Shown piece after piece: positions 1-7,485 of a stretch of DNA of 20,000 nt (its first letter is position 1; every line of letters begins with the position of its first letter). The notes under the pieces were generated by a model. That model was not told the DNA's origin. It did not search any database and worked only from the letters and a program-made list of their open reading frames with translations. The stretch is from an uncultured virus (IMG/VR IMGVR_UViG_3300046320_000024) (lineage: Duplodnaviria > Heunggongvirae > Uroviricota > Caudoviricetes). The stretch lies in the IMG/VR virus record IMGVR_UViG_3300046320_000024; one strand, written 5' to 3'. Made by a program: the position numbers and the translations under genes.

Positions 1-141
1 TTCGACGCAGCGCAACGTCATCTCTGGGCATACAAAGATAATGAAGAACTAGATCCCGAATCAGGTATTCACCACTTGGCGCACGCAATGTGTTGCTTAA
101 TGTTCTTGTATGAACACGATGTAAAATACTCAAAGGAATAA
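1..141 (+). CDS. 3' end of DUF5664-type dATP/dGTP diphosphohydrolase domain protein (partial)
   Basis: Manual frame-1 translation FDAAQRHLWAYKDNEELDPESGIHHLAHAMCCLMFLYEHDVKYSKE*; the RHL...DPESGxxHLAHAxCCLxFL motif is characteristic of DUF5664; not in the ORF track because its start is upstream of the window. Confidence 0.75.
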   Translation, partial: FDAAQRHLWAYKDNEELDPESGIHHLAHAMCCLMFLYEHDVKYSKE

Positions 142-142
142 T

Positions 143-517
143 ATGAGTCTGTGGTCTTGGGAAAAGAAAGAGGACGACCAGTCCTATAAACTGGCTACTG
201 AAAATGTTAAACTCCAGCAAAGAGTTAATGAGTTAGATCATAAGATTAAACAATATCAAGAACGTCTTGAGGGTGACTTTGCTAAGGCTAGTTTTTCTGT
301 CGACTGGAATGCGATGAATGTATTCTCGATCGAGCGCAACAATAATGGTCACGATGGTTACAAGACTATCCTAGGTTATATGTTATCTGAACCTTACACT
401 ACTAGCGATGGCTCTATTACATCTACAGATGTTGTTCGTGAGTGGACTCTGTACTGCTCACATCAAGAACACGAACGTCTTGTAGTTGAGTTCAACGAAT
501 ACAGAGCATCAAAATAA
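143..517 (+). CDS. hypothetical protein with N-terminal coiled coil
   Basis: 124 aa ORF, AAGGA SD upstream, starts 1 nt after the previous stop. Confidence 0.75.
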   Translation: MSLWSWEKKEDDQSYKLATENVKLQQRVNELDHKIKQYQERLEGDFAKASFSVDWNAMNVFSIERNNNGHDGYKTILGYMLSEPYTTSDGSITSTDVVREWTLYCSHQEHERLVVEFNEYRASK

Positions 518-519
518 AT

Positions 520-548
520 TTGGCTGGAAGAGCCGTTTGACGTATAAT
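520..548 (+). promoter_or_regulatory. sigma70-type promoter upstream of gp45
   Basis: TTGGCT (520-525), 17 bp spacer, TATAAT (543-548), intergenic. Confidence 0.55.
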
Positions 549-582
549 CATTTATACATAGTTATTATTACTTGGAGAAAAT

Positions 583-1239
583 ATGAAATTATCTAAAGAG
601 ACAGTTGCCCTAATTAAGAACTTTGCTGGTATCAATAGCAACCTTCTTTTGAAAGCTGGTAATCAGTTGTCCACAATCTCTGCACAAAAGAACGTCATGG
701 CAGACGCTACTGTGACTGAGACATTCCCTGACTTTGGTATCTACGACTTGAATGAGTTCTTGGGTGCTATGTCTTTGTTTGAAGATCCAGAGTTGACCTT
801 TAGCGACAAGTTCGTTAAAATCGAACAAGGTGGTTCAAGCATCAAGTATTTCGCTGCAGATGCTAGCGTGTTGACTGCTCCACAAAAAGCTATCACATTC
901 CCATCCCATGAGATTGAGTTTACTGCAACTGCTGCTATGTTGAATATGATTCATCGTACTGCTTCTGTGTTGCGTGCTTCTGATGTTTCTATCATCGGTG
1001 ACGGTTCCACAATGAGCGTTGTTGTTGGTGATAAGAAGAATACCACTGGTAACTCTTATAGCGCAAATGTTGGCACTACTGACAAGTCTTTCCGTGTGAA
1101 CTTGAAAGTAGAAAACTTGAAGATGATTCCTAACGACTATACTGTTAGCATCTCAAGCAAGAAAATCTCTCGATTCAAAGCTGCAGGTGACTTGGTTTAT
1201 TACGTAGCTGTTGAAGCAGATTCTTCATTTGAATTCTAA
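583..1239 (+). CDS. gp45: DNA polymerase sliding clamp
   Basis: MKLSKETVALIKNFAGINSNLL, FGIYDLNEFL and YYVAVE match T4 gp45; 218 aa; GGAG SD; upstream of clamp loader genes. Confidence 0.96.
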   Translation: MKLSKETVALIKNFAGINSNLLLKAGNQLSTISAQKNVMADATVTETFPDFGIYDLNEFLGAMSLFEDPELTFSDKFVKIEQGGSSIKYFAADASVLTAPQKAITFPSHEIEFTATAAMLNMIHRTASVLRASDVSIIGDGSTMSVVVGDKKNTTGNSYSANVGTTDKSFRVNLKVENLKMIPNDYTVSISSKKISRFKAAGDLVYYVAVEADSSFEF

Positions 1240-1245
1240 TAAATA
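1238..1245 (+). promoter_or_regulatory. possible T4-type late promoter for the halogenase
   Basis: AATAAATA is a 7/8 match to TATAAATA, 25 nt before the halogenase ATG; AT-rich context makes a chance match possible. Confidence 0.3.
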
Positions 1246-1269
1246 TAATTACTTAACTATAAGGATTGT

Positions 1270-2748
1270 ATGAAGAAGATTTTGGTATTGGGTGGAGGAA
1301 CAGCTGGTCTGATTTCTGCCTTAGTAATGAAAAGAACTTTCCCAGAGTATAACATTACAGTTATAGAGTCTGACTCTATCGGTATCATTGGTGTTGGTGA
1401 GGGGTCTACTGAACATTGGAAAATGTTCATGGACTACTGTGATATTAATGCCCACATGCTCGTTAGAAAAACTGATGCTGCTCTTAAGAAGGGCATTAAG
1501 TTCGAGAATTGGAATGGAGATGGTAAAAGCTATTTCCACTCTTTGGGCGATCCATTCTATTCTGAATATGGTCAAGACACTGGACACAGACTTTTGTTTA
1601 TCAAATCATTGATTGCCAATGGTATTAAAACTGAAGATGTTTTGGTGGATACCAATCTTGTGACCATGCAAGGTGGTATTAATAGCACAAACCAATACCA
1701 CTTCAACACATTTAAACTAAACGAAGTTCTCCATGAGATTTGTTCTGAGCGAGGTGTGAATTTTATTCATACAACTATCTCTGACGTTTCAGTTAAAGAG
1801 AATGGTGACATCGAATCTCTAACAGATACTGCTGGCGTTACACACGAAGCTGATTTCTTTATTGATAGTAGTGGTATGAAAAGAATCATCTCCTCCAAAC
1901 TTGGAGTGAAGTGGGTTTCTTATAAAAAGTATTTGCCGATGAATCATGCATTGGCATTCCCAACTCAAGATGTTTCTGACTTGAAACCGCACACTCTGTC
2001 TCGTGCTCTTTCTTCTGGTTGGAATTGGAGAATTTCTACACAAGGGAGATATGGTAATGGGTACGTGTTCTGTGATGATTTTATTGATTCTACTAAAGCC
2101 CATGCTGAAGTTCAGACAGTATATTCAGAAGAAGTTAAAGTAGCCAAAGACATTAAGTTTGATGCAGGACGTGTAGATAAATTTTGGGTTAACAATTGCG
2201 TTTCTATCGGATTGTCGGCTTCTTTTGTAGAACCACTAGAGGCTTCTAGTATTGGTAATTCTATTCTTCAGTCTATCGGTTTGGCTAGGATGTTTGGTTC
2301 TTGGGAGCTAGATCGTAAGATTTCAGAAAAGTATAACAGTAAATTTGTTTCTTGTTTTAATAATATCGTAGACTTCGTTCAGTTGCATTACATAACAAAA
2401 CGTGATGATACTGAATTTTGGAGAGCACTACCATCAATGATGACCAAGACAGACTTCGTACAAGAACACTTGGAAACATTTAAGAAAACATTACCAAACC
2501 AGACATATTTTATGGATGAATATAATATGTTTAATGCACCAAACTGGGCGCAGGTTATGGATGGTCTTGGTCTTTATGATAAACAATATATCACTAAGAC
2601 TCTGCATACTACATATGGAGATAAAGTTGTTCAAGAACAATTAAACAAGTATAATGAATACTTGGCTAATGTTCAACGAGGTGTTTACATTGAGCATAAA
2701 GTGTTATTGCAACAAAACAATATTGTGGTTAAATTCGACCAACAATAA
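1270..2748 (+). CDS. flavin-dependent halogenase (tryptophan halogenase/PrnA family)
   Basis: GGGTAG FAD-binding motif, IGVGEGST, KxGIKFENW around the catalytic Lys position, GWNWRI (WxWxI), FVEPLEASSI; 492 aa. Confidence 0.92.
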   Translation: MKKILVLGGGTAGLISALVMKRTFPEYNITVIESDSIGIIGVGEGSTEHWKMFMDYCDINAHMLVRKTDAALKKGIKFENWNGDGKSYFHSLGDPFYSEYGQDTGHRLLFIKSLIANGIKTEDVLVDTNLVTMQGGINSTNQYHFNTFKLNEVLHEICSERGVNFIHTTISDVSVKENGDIESLTDTAGVTHEADFFIDSSGMKRIISSKLGVKWVSYKKYLPMNHALAFPTQDVSDLKPHTLSRALSSGWNWRISTQGRYGNGYVFCDDFIDSTKAHAEVQTVYSEEVKVAKDIKFDAGRVDKFWVNNCVSIGLSASFVEPLEASSIGNSILQSIGLARMFGSWELDRKISEKYNSKFVSCFNNIVDFVQLHYITKRDDTEFWRALPSMMTKTDFVQEHLETFKKTLPNQTYFMDEYNMFNAPNWAQVMDGLGLYDKQYITKTLHTTYGDKVVQEQLNKYNEYLANVQRGVYIEHKVLLQQNNIVVKFDQQ

Positions 2749-2763
2749 TTTTTAGGATATATT

Positions 2764-3717
2764 ATGATTGATTCACGTGATAACCAGTTTTTGTGGGTAG
2801 AGAAATATCGTCCACAAACGATCGATGAGTGCGTCCTACCAGAAGCACTCAAGAAGACTTTTAAAGAGTACATTGATCAGGGTGAACTCCCACATTTTTT
2901 ATTCGCAGGTACGGCAGGTATCGGTAAGACTACTGTAGCTAAAGCACTGTGTAACGAGATTGGTGCTGAGTATATTATCCTTAACGGTTCTGATACAGGT
3001 GGTCACATCGACACACTTCGCACCCAGATTAAGGGATTCGCTTCTACAGTTTCCTTAACGGATGCTAAGAAGATTGTTATCCTCGATGAGGCTGATTATC
3101 TTCAAGCCAACTCTACTCAACCAGCACTTCGTGCGTTCATGGAAGAGTATAGTGCTAACTGTCGTTTTATCTTCACGTGTAACTATAAGAACAAGATTAT
3201 CGAACCGCTGCACTCTCGTTGTGCTGTTATAGAATTCAAGATTGAGAATAAAGACAAGCAGCAACTTGCTGGCACATTCTTCAAACGTGCTACTCAGATC
3301 TTGAAACAAGAAGGTATTGAGTTTGATCCTAAAGTTGTAGCTGAACTGGTGACTAAACACTTTCCAGACTGGCGTCGAGTATTGAATGAACTTCAACGCT
3401 ATTCTGTTTCTGGTAAGATTGACTCTGGTATCTTAGTTAATCTTGGAGAAGAAACCTATAAAGAATTAGTCAAGCACCTGAAAGATAAAAATTACGCTGA
3501 GGTTCGTAAGTGGGTTGGAAAGAACTCAGATGCTGATACTGTTGCATTGTTTCGTGAGTTGTATGACAATTCTGCCACAACAATGGAAGCTGGGTCTATC
3601 CCATCTCTAGTTTTGGTTCTAGCTGATTATCAGTATAAGGCAGCATTCGTCGCTGATCATGAACTAAATATCATGGCAGCGTTGACTGAGATTATGATGC
3701 AATGTAAATTTAAGTGA
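2764..3717 (+). CDS. gp44: clamp loader large subunit (RFC-like AAA+ ATPase)
   Basis: LWVEKYRP, Walker A GTAGIGKTT, Walker B ILDEAD, SRC motif; 317 aa. Confidence 0.96.
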   Translation: MIDSRDNQFLWVEKYRPQTIDECVLPEALKKTFKEYIDQGELPHFLFAGTAGIGKTTVAKALCNEIGAEYIILNGSDTGGHIDTLRTQIKGFASTVSLTDAKKIVILDEADYLQANSTQPALRAFMEEYSANCRFIFTCNYKNKIIEPLHSRCAVIEFKIENKDKQQLAGTFFKRATQILKQEGIEFDPKVVAELVTKHFPDWRRVLNELQRYSVSGKIDSGILVNLGEETYKELVKHLKDKNYAEVRKWVGKNSDADTVALFRELYDNSATTMEAGSIPSLVLVLADYQYKAAFVADHELNIMAALTEIMMQCKFK

Positions 3718-3724
3718 GGATGAT

Positions 3725-4051
3725 ATGGAAGATTTTTTGTCTTTTGGCGTATTTGCTTTAGGGTTTATTTTAGGTTGGATCCTTCGAGAGGAACTTGCTA
3801 AACGTCGAGTTGATAAACTATTGGCAGAACTCGAGGGTGATATTGAAGAGAAATCTGATGCTATTCGTAAGAATACTATTCCTATTAAAATTGAGATACA
3901 TAATGGTGCATATTATGTATTTAATACGGACACTGATGAATTCATGGCGCAAGGTAAAACTCGTCCAGAATTAGAAATCGAACTTGCTAAACGCCACCCA
4001 GAAAAGCGATTCATCGCTACACCAGATAATTTAAAAGAGGTAGGATTTTAA
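3725..4051 (+). CDS. hypothetical protein with N-terminal membrane anchor
   Basis: GAGGA SD; hydrophobic FLSFGVFALGFILGWIL followed by a charged helix. Confidence 0.75.
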   Translation: MEDFLSFGVFALGFILGWILREELAKRRVDKLLAELEGDIEEKSDAIRKNTIPIKIEIHNGAYYVFNTDTDEFMAQGKTRPELEIELAKRHPEKRFIATPDNLKEVGF

Positions 4052-4233
4052 TGAACACCATATACGAAACAGAAGAACGTAGTGCTAATATCGAACAGCA
4101 AGCTACCAAAGATTATATGGTAGAGTTCGCCGATAAAGAAACTTGCCAGTCTCAATTTGAAACATTCCATACACTTGAACAAGCACAAGACTCTGCCAAG
4201 CGTTGGTTGATTCATGCTTACACCCCACTGTAA
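4051..4233 (+). CDS. small hypothetical protein
   Basis: 60 aa ORF, TAATG overlap with the upstream stop, AGGA upstream, fills the gap to gp62. Confidence 0.6.
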   Translation: MNTIYETEERSANIEQQATKDYMVEFADKETCQSQFETFHTLEQAQDSAKRWLIHAYTPL

Positions 4234-4234
4234 T

Positions 4235-4624
4235 ATGAGCCCATTTGATTATGTGAAAGCTATCAATGAAACCAAAGTTGATTTACTATCAGGAGATCCA
4301 GAAGCAGTTAAAGATTATAACAAGGTAAAGTTCATTGTGAACCGAGCCTTGGGATATTTCCCCGATACAGTTATGCAAGCTAATCAGATGAATCAACATT
4401 CTGATATTCCTGCAGACTGGCAATTTTCTTTTTTCCTAAATACTATTTCGAAGAAACGACGTTTCAGTAAATGGGCAAAAGCCGACGCTGAATCCGCTTC
4501 TTTAGAACTCGTAAAAGAGTACTATGGGTATTCAAGCGAAAGGGCGAAAGAGGCACTCAGTGTCCTTTCCGATGAACACTTGATTATGATAAAAGAAAAA
4601 TTATTCAAAGGTGGAAAATCATGA
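4235..4624 (+). CDS. gp62: clamp loader small subunit
   Basis: MSPFDYVKAIN, FIVNRAL, KKRRFSKW and VKEYYGYS match gp62; directly before regA; start placed at ATG 4235 (track start 4214). Confidence 0.92.
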   Translation: MSPFDYVKAINETKVDLLSGDPEAVKDYNKVKFIVNRALGYFPDTVMQANQMNQHSDIPADWQFSFFLNTISKKRRFSKWAKADAESASLELVKEYYGYSSERAKEALSVLSDEHLIMIKEKLFKGGKS

Positions 4625-5040
4625 CTGTTGAAGTGATTTATTACGACTGGACTCCTGAGTCCATGCTCGAGGTGACGTTGCCAGAACCAGATGCATTTCT
4701 AAAGGTTCGTGAAACTCTAACCCGTATCGGGATTGCCTCAAGAAAAGAACAAAAGCTATATCAATCTTGCCATATTTTACATAAACAAGGTCGATACTTC
4801 ATCGTGCACTTCAAGGAATTGTTTGCACTCGATGGTAAAGAATCGAATATTACCGCAGGTGATATCGAGAGACGCAATGCTATTGCTAGTTTGCTACAGG
4901 ACTGGGATCTGTTAAAGATCCTAAATACTACGCAAGCTGAACAAAAGGCTTCGCTGTCTCAAATTAAGGTGGTCTCTTACAAAGAAAAAGACCAGTGGGA
5001 ATTAGTTCCAAAATACAACATAGGAAAAAAAGCAAAATGA
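4621..5040 (+). CDS. regA: translational repressor RegA
   Basis: FLKVRETLTRIGIAS, LYQSCHILHKQGRYFIVHFKELFALDG and WELVPKYNIG are RegA signatures. Confidence 0.97.
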   Translation: MTVEVIYYDWTPESMLEVTLPEPDAFLKVRETLTRIGIASRKEQKLYQSCHILHKQGRYFIVHFKELFALDGKESNITAGDIERRNAIASLLQDWDLLKILNTTQAEQKASLSQIKVVSYKEKDQWELVPKYNIGKKAK

Positions 5041-5204
5041 TTAAACTTGAATTGACTGTAGATGAAGTAAACGTTATTCTTCGTTCTTTGGGTAAGCACC
5101 CGTTTGATGAGATCGCCCAATTGATCGTTAAGATCAAACAACAAGGTGATCCACAAGCTGTTGCTGCATCCGCAGAAGCTACTGCTGAAACACCAGCAGC
5201 CTAA
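5037..5204 (+). CDS. small hypothetical protein
   Basis: ATGA overlap with the regA stop; MIKLELTVDEVNVILRSLGKHPFDEIAQLIVKIKQQ, 55 aa. Confidence 0.7.
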   Translation: MIKLELTVDEVNVILRSLGKHPFDEIAQLIVKIKQQGDPQAVAASAEATAETPAA

Positions 5205-5209
5205 CCAAA

Positions 5210-5355
5210 CCCACCTTAGGGCTGTTGTCGTCTACGGTATAGGCGTCCGTGCAATTGAACTGACATACGTAATTGTCGCCAGATAAAGTAACTGGCACTG
5301 TCTTGCCTTCGGGGAGACACTTTTATCACTAACTCGCTTAATAGGAGAAACTCGA
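5210..5355 (+). ncRNA. structured leader upstream of hsp20 ending in a ROSE-like SD-sequestering hairpin
   Basis: Consecutive stems 5229-5245, 5251-5276, 5278-5296 and 5299-5319 (CUUCGG loop), then CUCGCU-UAAU-AGGAG at 5333-5347. Confidence 0.55.
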
Positions 5356-5838
5356 ATGCCAAAACCATTCACACCATCATTTTTTAGTCAAGACACTTTC
5401 AAGGACTTCGATAAGTTCTTCGTAGGTTTCGATGAACAGTTCGAGAAAATGCAAGCATTGCATGACGACTTGACAAAGAACATCCCAAACTACCCACCAT
5501 TTAACGTTCGCAAGAATGGCAATACCTACACAATCGAAATTGCTGTGGCAGGTTTCGCACAAAACGAAATCGACGTCACCATCGATGGCGGTAAGCTAAT
5601 CGTTAAGGGTAATGTAGAGTCTAAAGAAGCTGAAGATAACTTCTTGTTCAAAGGTATTTCCAACCGTGCATTTACACGTGCTTGGGCTATTGGTGATCAG
5701 TATGAAGTTAAAGATGCTGAAATTTTCAACGGTATGTTGAAAATCGCTCTCGATAAATTAGTACCAGAAGTTCCAAAGGCTAAGAAGGTTCCAGTTAAAA
5801 CTGGTTCTGGAAAACAGTTCCTACAGGAAGGTGAATAA
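5356..5838 (+). CDS. hsp20: small heat shock protein (Hsp20/IbpA family)
   Basis: FVGFD, NYPPFNV, IEIAVAGF, FLFKGISNRAFTR and AEIFNGMLKI match the IbpA-type alpha-crystallin domain. Confidence 0.95.
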   Translation: MPKPFTPSFFSQDTFKDFDKFFVGFDEQFEKMQALHDDLTKNIPNYPPFNVRKNGNTYTIEIAVAGFAQNEIDVTIDGGKLIVKGNVESKEAEDNFLFKGISNRAFTRAWAIGDQYEVKDAEIFNGMLKIALDKLVPEVPKAKKVPVKTGSGKQFLQEGE

Positions 5839-5996
5839 TGTTAGAAGTACTAAAACAATTTTTCGTTTATGTATTTCGTGACCGTTCCCAAACTCTGGAA
5901 CAATACATTCTTTCTCAAAATCCACAAAACCAAATGCATGTCGAACAACTTGAGCGACAGTATTATGCTAGAGTGGCAAGAAATCGAATGATCTAA
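5838..5996 (+). CDS. small protein, possibly DUF3563-like
   Basis: Manual translation MLEVLKQFFVYVFRDRSQTLEQYILSQNPQNQMHVEQLERQYYARVARNRMI* (52 aa, below the track cutoff); TAATG overlap with hsp20; family call from loose resemblance only. Confidence 0.6.
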   Translation: MLEVLKQFFVYVFRDRSQTLEQYILSQNPQNQMHVEQLERQYYARVARNRMI

Positions 5997-5999
5997 TCA

Positions 6000-6017
6000 A
6001 TGGGGCGTAAGCCCCAT
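6000..6017 (+). terminator. GC-rich hairpin, probable terminator or stability hairpin
   Basis: ATGGGGC-GTAA-GCCCCAT perfect 7 bp stem with GNRA loop immediately after a stop; weak U-tract. Confidence 0.55.
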
Positions 6018-6025
6018 ATTCAATT

Positions 6026-6586
6026 ATGATCCCAAGAAAATTAACCCAATTAGATCGAGATGCTATAGTAGCACATTTAACTTCTCTTGAAGGAGAAGAC
6101 CGTCGCTTACGTTTCGGTGCCATGGTTTCTGATAACTTCATCGAGCACTACGTACATTCTTCTTTCAACGACCAGTCAAAATGGTTTGGGTGCGAAGACG
6201 CTGAAGGTAATATTATTGCAGCTTGTCATGCGGCAGTTGTGAAAGATGACGCTGAACTTGGTTGTTCTGTCAATAAAGAATATCGTGGTCATGGATTAGC
6301 GCAAGATATGTTTGATCGTGCCGTGACTTGGTTACGCACACAAGGTATTAAAGAAGTATTCATGCACTGTCTTACTGAGAACCAAGTCATGAGACATATC
6401 GCTCGAAAGAATGATATGACAATCGTTAGTGAGTATGGTGAGTCAGATGCTATTGTTGGTATTCAACCAGCAACTACAGCGACTGTGATGAAAGATGCTT
6501 ATTTAGATAGAATTGCGTTTTATGATATGTTAATAAAAACAAATTATAATGCGTTCGACTTCTACTGGAGACGCAACAATACCTAA
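6026..6586 (+). CDS. GNAT family N-acetyltransferase
   Basis: DRRLRFG, AELGCSVNKEYRGHGLA (acetyl-CoA motif A), HCLTENQVMRHIARK. Confidence 0.88.
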   Translation: MIPRKLTQLDRDAIVAHLTSLEGEDRRLRFGAMVSDNFIEHYVHSSFNDQSKWFGCEDAEGNIIAACHAAVVKDDAELGCSVNKEYRGHGLAQDMFDRAVTWLRTQGIKEVFMHCLTENQVMRHIARKNDMTIVSEYGESDAIVGIQPATTATVMKDAYLDRIAFYDMLIKTNYNAFDFYWRRNNT

Positions 6587-6598
6587 ATAATTAGGTAT
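6579..6598 (+). promoter_or_regulatory. hairpin covering RBS and start, overlapping a late-promoter-like CTAAATA
   Basis: ATACCTAA-ATAA-TTAGGTAT perfect 8 bp inverted repeat; CTAAATA at 6583-6589; ATG at 6597. Confidence 0.45.
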
Positions 6599-6800
6599 GA
6601 AAGCAAGACTCTCTCCCAACCTAATTTCATTTGTCACGGTTCTTCGTGGCAATTGGATACTCAAGGTATCTGTTTTTAAAAACAAACAGATTATGGTAGT
6701 GAGTCGACACTGTTTTGATATGGACAGGACGAATGTGAATTTCTTCATGGACCAAAATCTTGCAGCAGATTTTATTGAACAACTTGTTATAGAGGAATGA
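6597..6800 (+). CDS. hypothetical protein
   Basis: 67 aa ORF tightly packed between neighbours. Confidence 0.7.
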   Translation: MKARLSPNLISFVTVLRGNWILKVSVFKNKQIMVVSRHCFDMDRTNVNFFMDQNLAADFIEQLVIEE

Positions 6801-6801
6801 T

Positions 6802-7101
6802 ATGGGAATTAAAGTATTTAAATTGATTAGTGGTGAAGAACTTATCGGCAGTATAACTGCTGGATCAGATGCTGGTTACTTTGTTGAAGGTGCTGCTACT
6901 ATTATGCTCCAACAAACCGAAAATGGTATTGGAGTTGGTCTTGCACCTTACATGCCATACGTTGAAGGTGATAAAGTTTACATCTATAAACACGCTATCG
7001 CCTCCGAAGGTGAGCCAGCCGTGGCCATGAGAAACGAATACAGCCGTATGTTCGGTTCTGGTATCGAGATCGCTCCTGCCAGCGCCCTCTACACAGGCTA
7101 A
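6802..7101 (+). CDS. conserved T4-like phage protein, possible Sm-like fold
   Basis: IKVFKLISGEELIG, LAPYMPY and EYSRMFGSGI resemble a widespread T4-like phage family; GAGGA SD. Confidence 0.7.
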   Translation: MGIKVFKLISGEELIGSITAGSDAGYFVEGAATIMLQQTENGIGVGLAPYMPYVEGDKVYIYKHAIASEGEPAVAMRNEYSRMFGSGIEIAPASALYTG

Positions 7102-7164
7102 AGCCTACCTGCTAGCCCTCTATTCTAGAGGCTTCTAGCTCCCCAAACCCCCTGTAGAATCAAC

Positions 7165-7193
7165 ACCTTACAATCCCCTGCGGGTTGTAGGGT
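7165..7193 (+). promoter_or_regulatory. 12 bp hairpin immediately upstream of an early-type promoter
   Basis: ACCTTACAATCC-CCTGC-GGGTTGTAGGGT, fully paired with two G-U pairs. Confidence 0.5.
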
Positions 7194-7208
7194 CATTGCA
7201 TTTAGTTG

Positions 7209-7237
7209 TTGTCTTAGGTTCCTATCTGGTGTATAAT
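7209..7237 (+). promoter_or_regulatory. sigma70-type (early) promoter
   Basis: TTGTCT (7209-7214), 17 bp, TATAAT (7232-7237); followed by AGGAG SD and ATG 7263. Confidence 0.75.
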
Positions 7238-7262
7238 AACTACAGTTGATTAGGAGAACAGA

Positions 7263-7472
7263 ATGGGTTTCGAAAAGATTGTGCTGAATGAGATCGATGG
7301 CTACTTGGAATCTGGCGAGTGTGCCCAGTTTGTTGGTGGTTCTTTGTTTGTGACTTGTTCACCAAAGACTGCCTCTGAGATCGAAACTGTCTTGACCGAT
7401 ATGAATTTTGGTGGTATAATTGTTACTCCCATCGGTGCTCCTGCCCGTGAATTTGCTTACGACTTCGTTTAA
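7263..7472 (+). CDS. small hypothetical protein
   Basis: 69 aa ORF with AGGAG SD directly after the promoter. Confidence 0.75.
   Translation: MGFEKIVLNEIDGYLESGECAQFVGGSLFVTCSPKTASEIETVLTDMNFGGIIVTPIGAPAREFAYDFV
7392..7420 (+). promoter_or_regulatory. intragenic sigma70-type promoter with extended -10
   Basis: TTGACC (7392-7397), 17 bp, TGgTATAAT (-10 at 7415-7420). Confidence 0.65.
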
Positions 7473-7485
7473 TAAAGGGTATATC

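Noticed and set aside
3664..4927. CTAAATA motifs inside gp44 (3664), gp62 (4436) and regA (4921) as late promoters
   Set aside because: A 7-mer this AT-rich is expected a few times by chance in 20 kb; possible but unsupported without TSS data
5210..5300. Assignment of the hsp20 leader to a known ribozyme or tRNA
   Set aside because: No hammerhead CUGAUGA/GAAA core, pistol or HDV pairing pattern, or tRNA T-loop could be matched by eye
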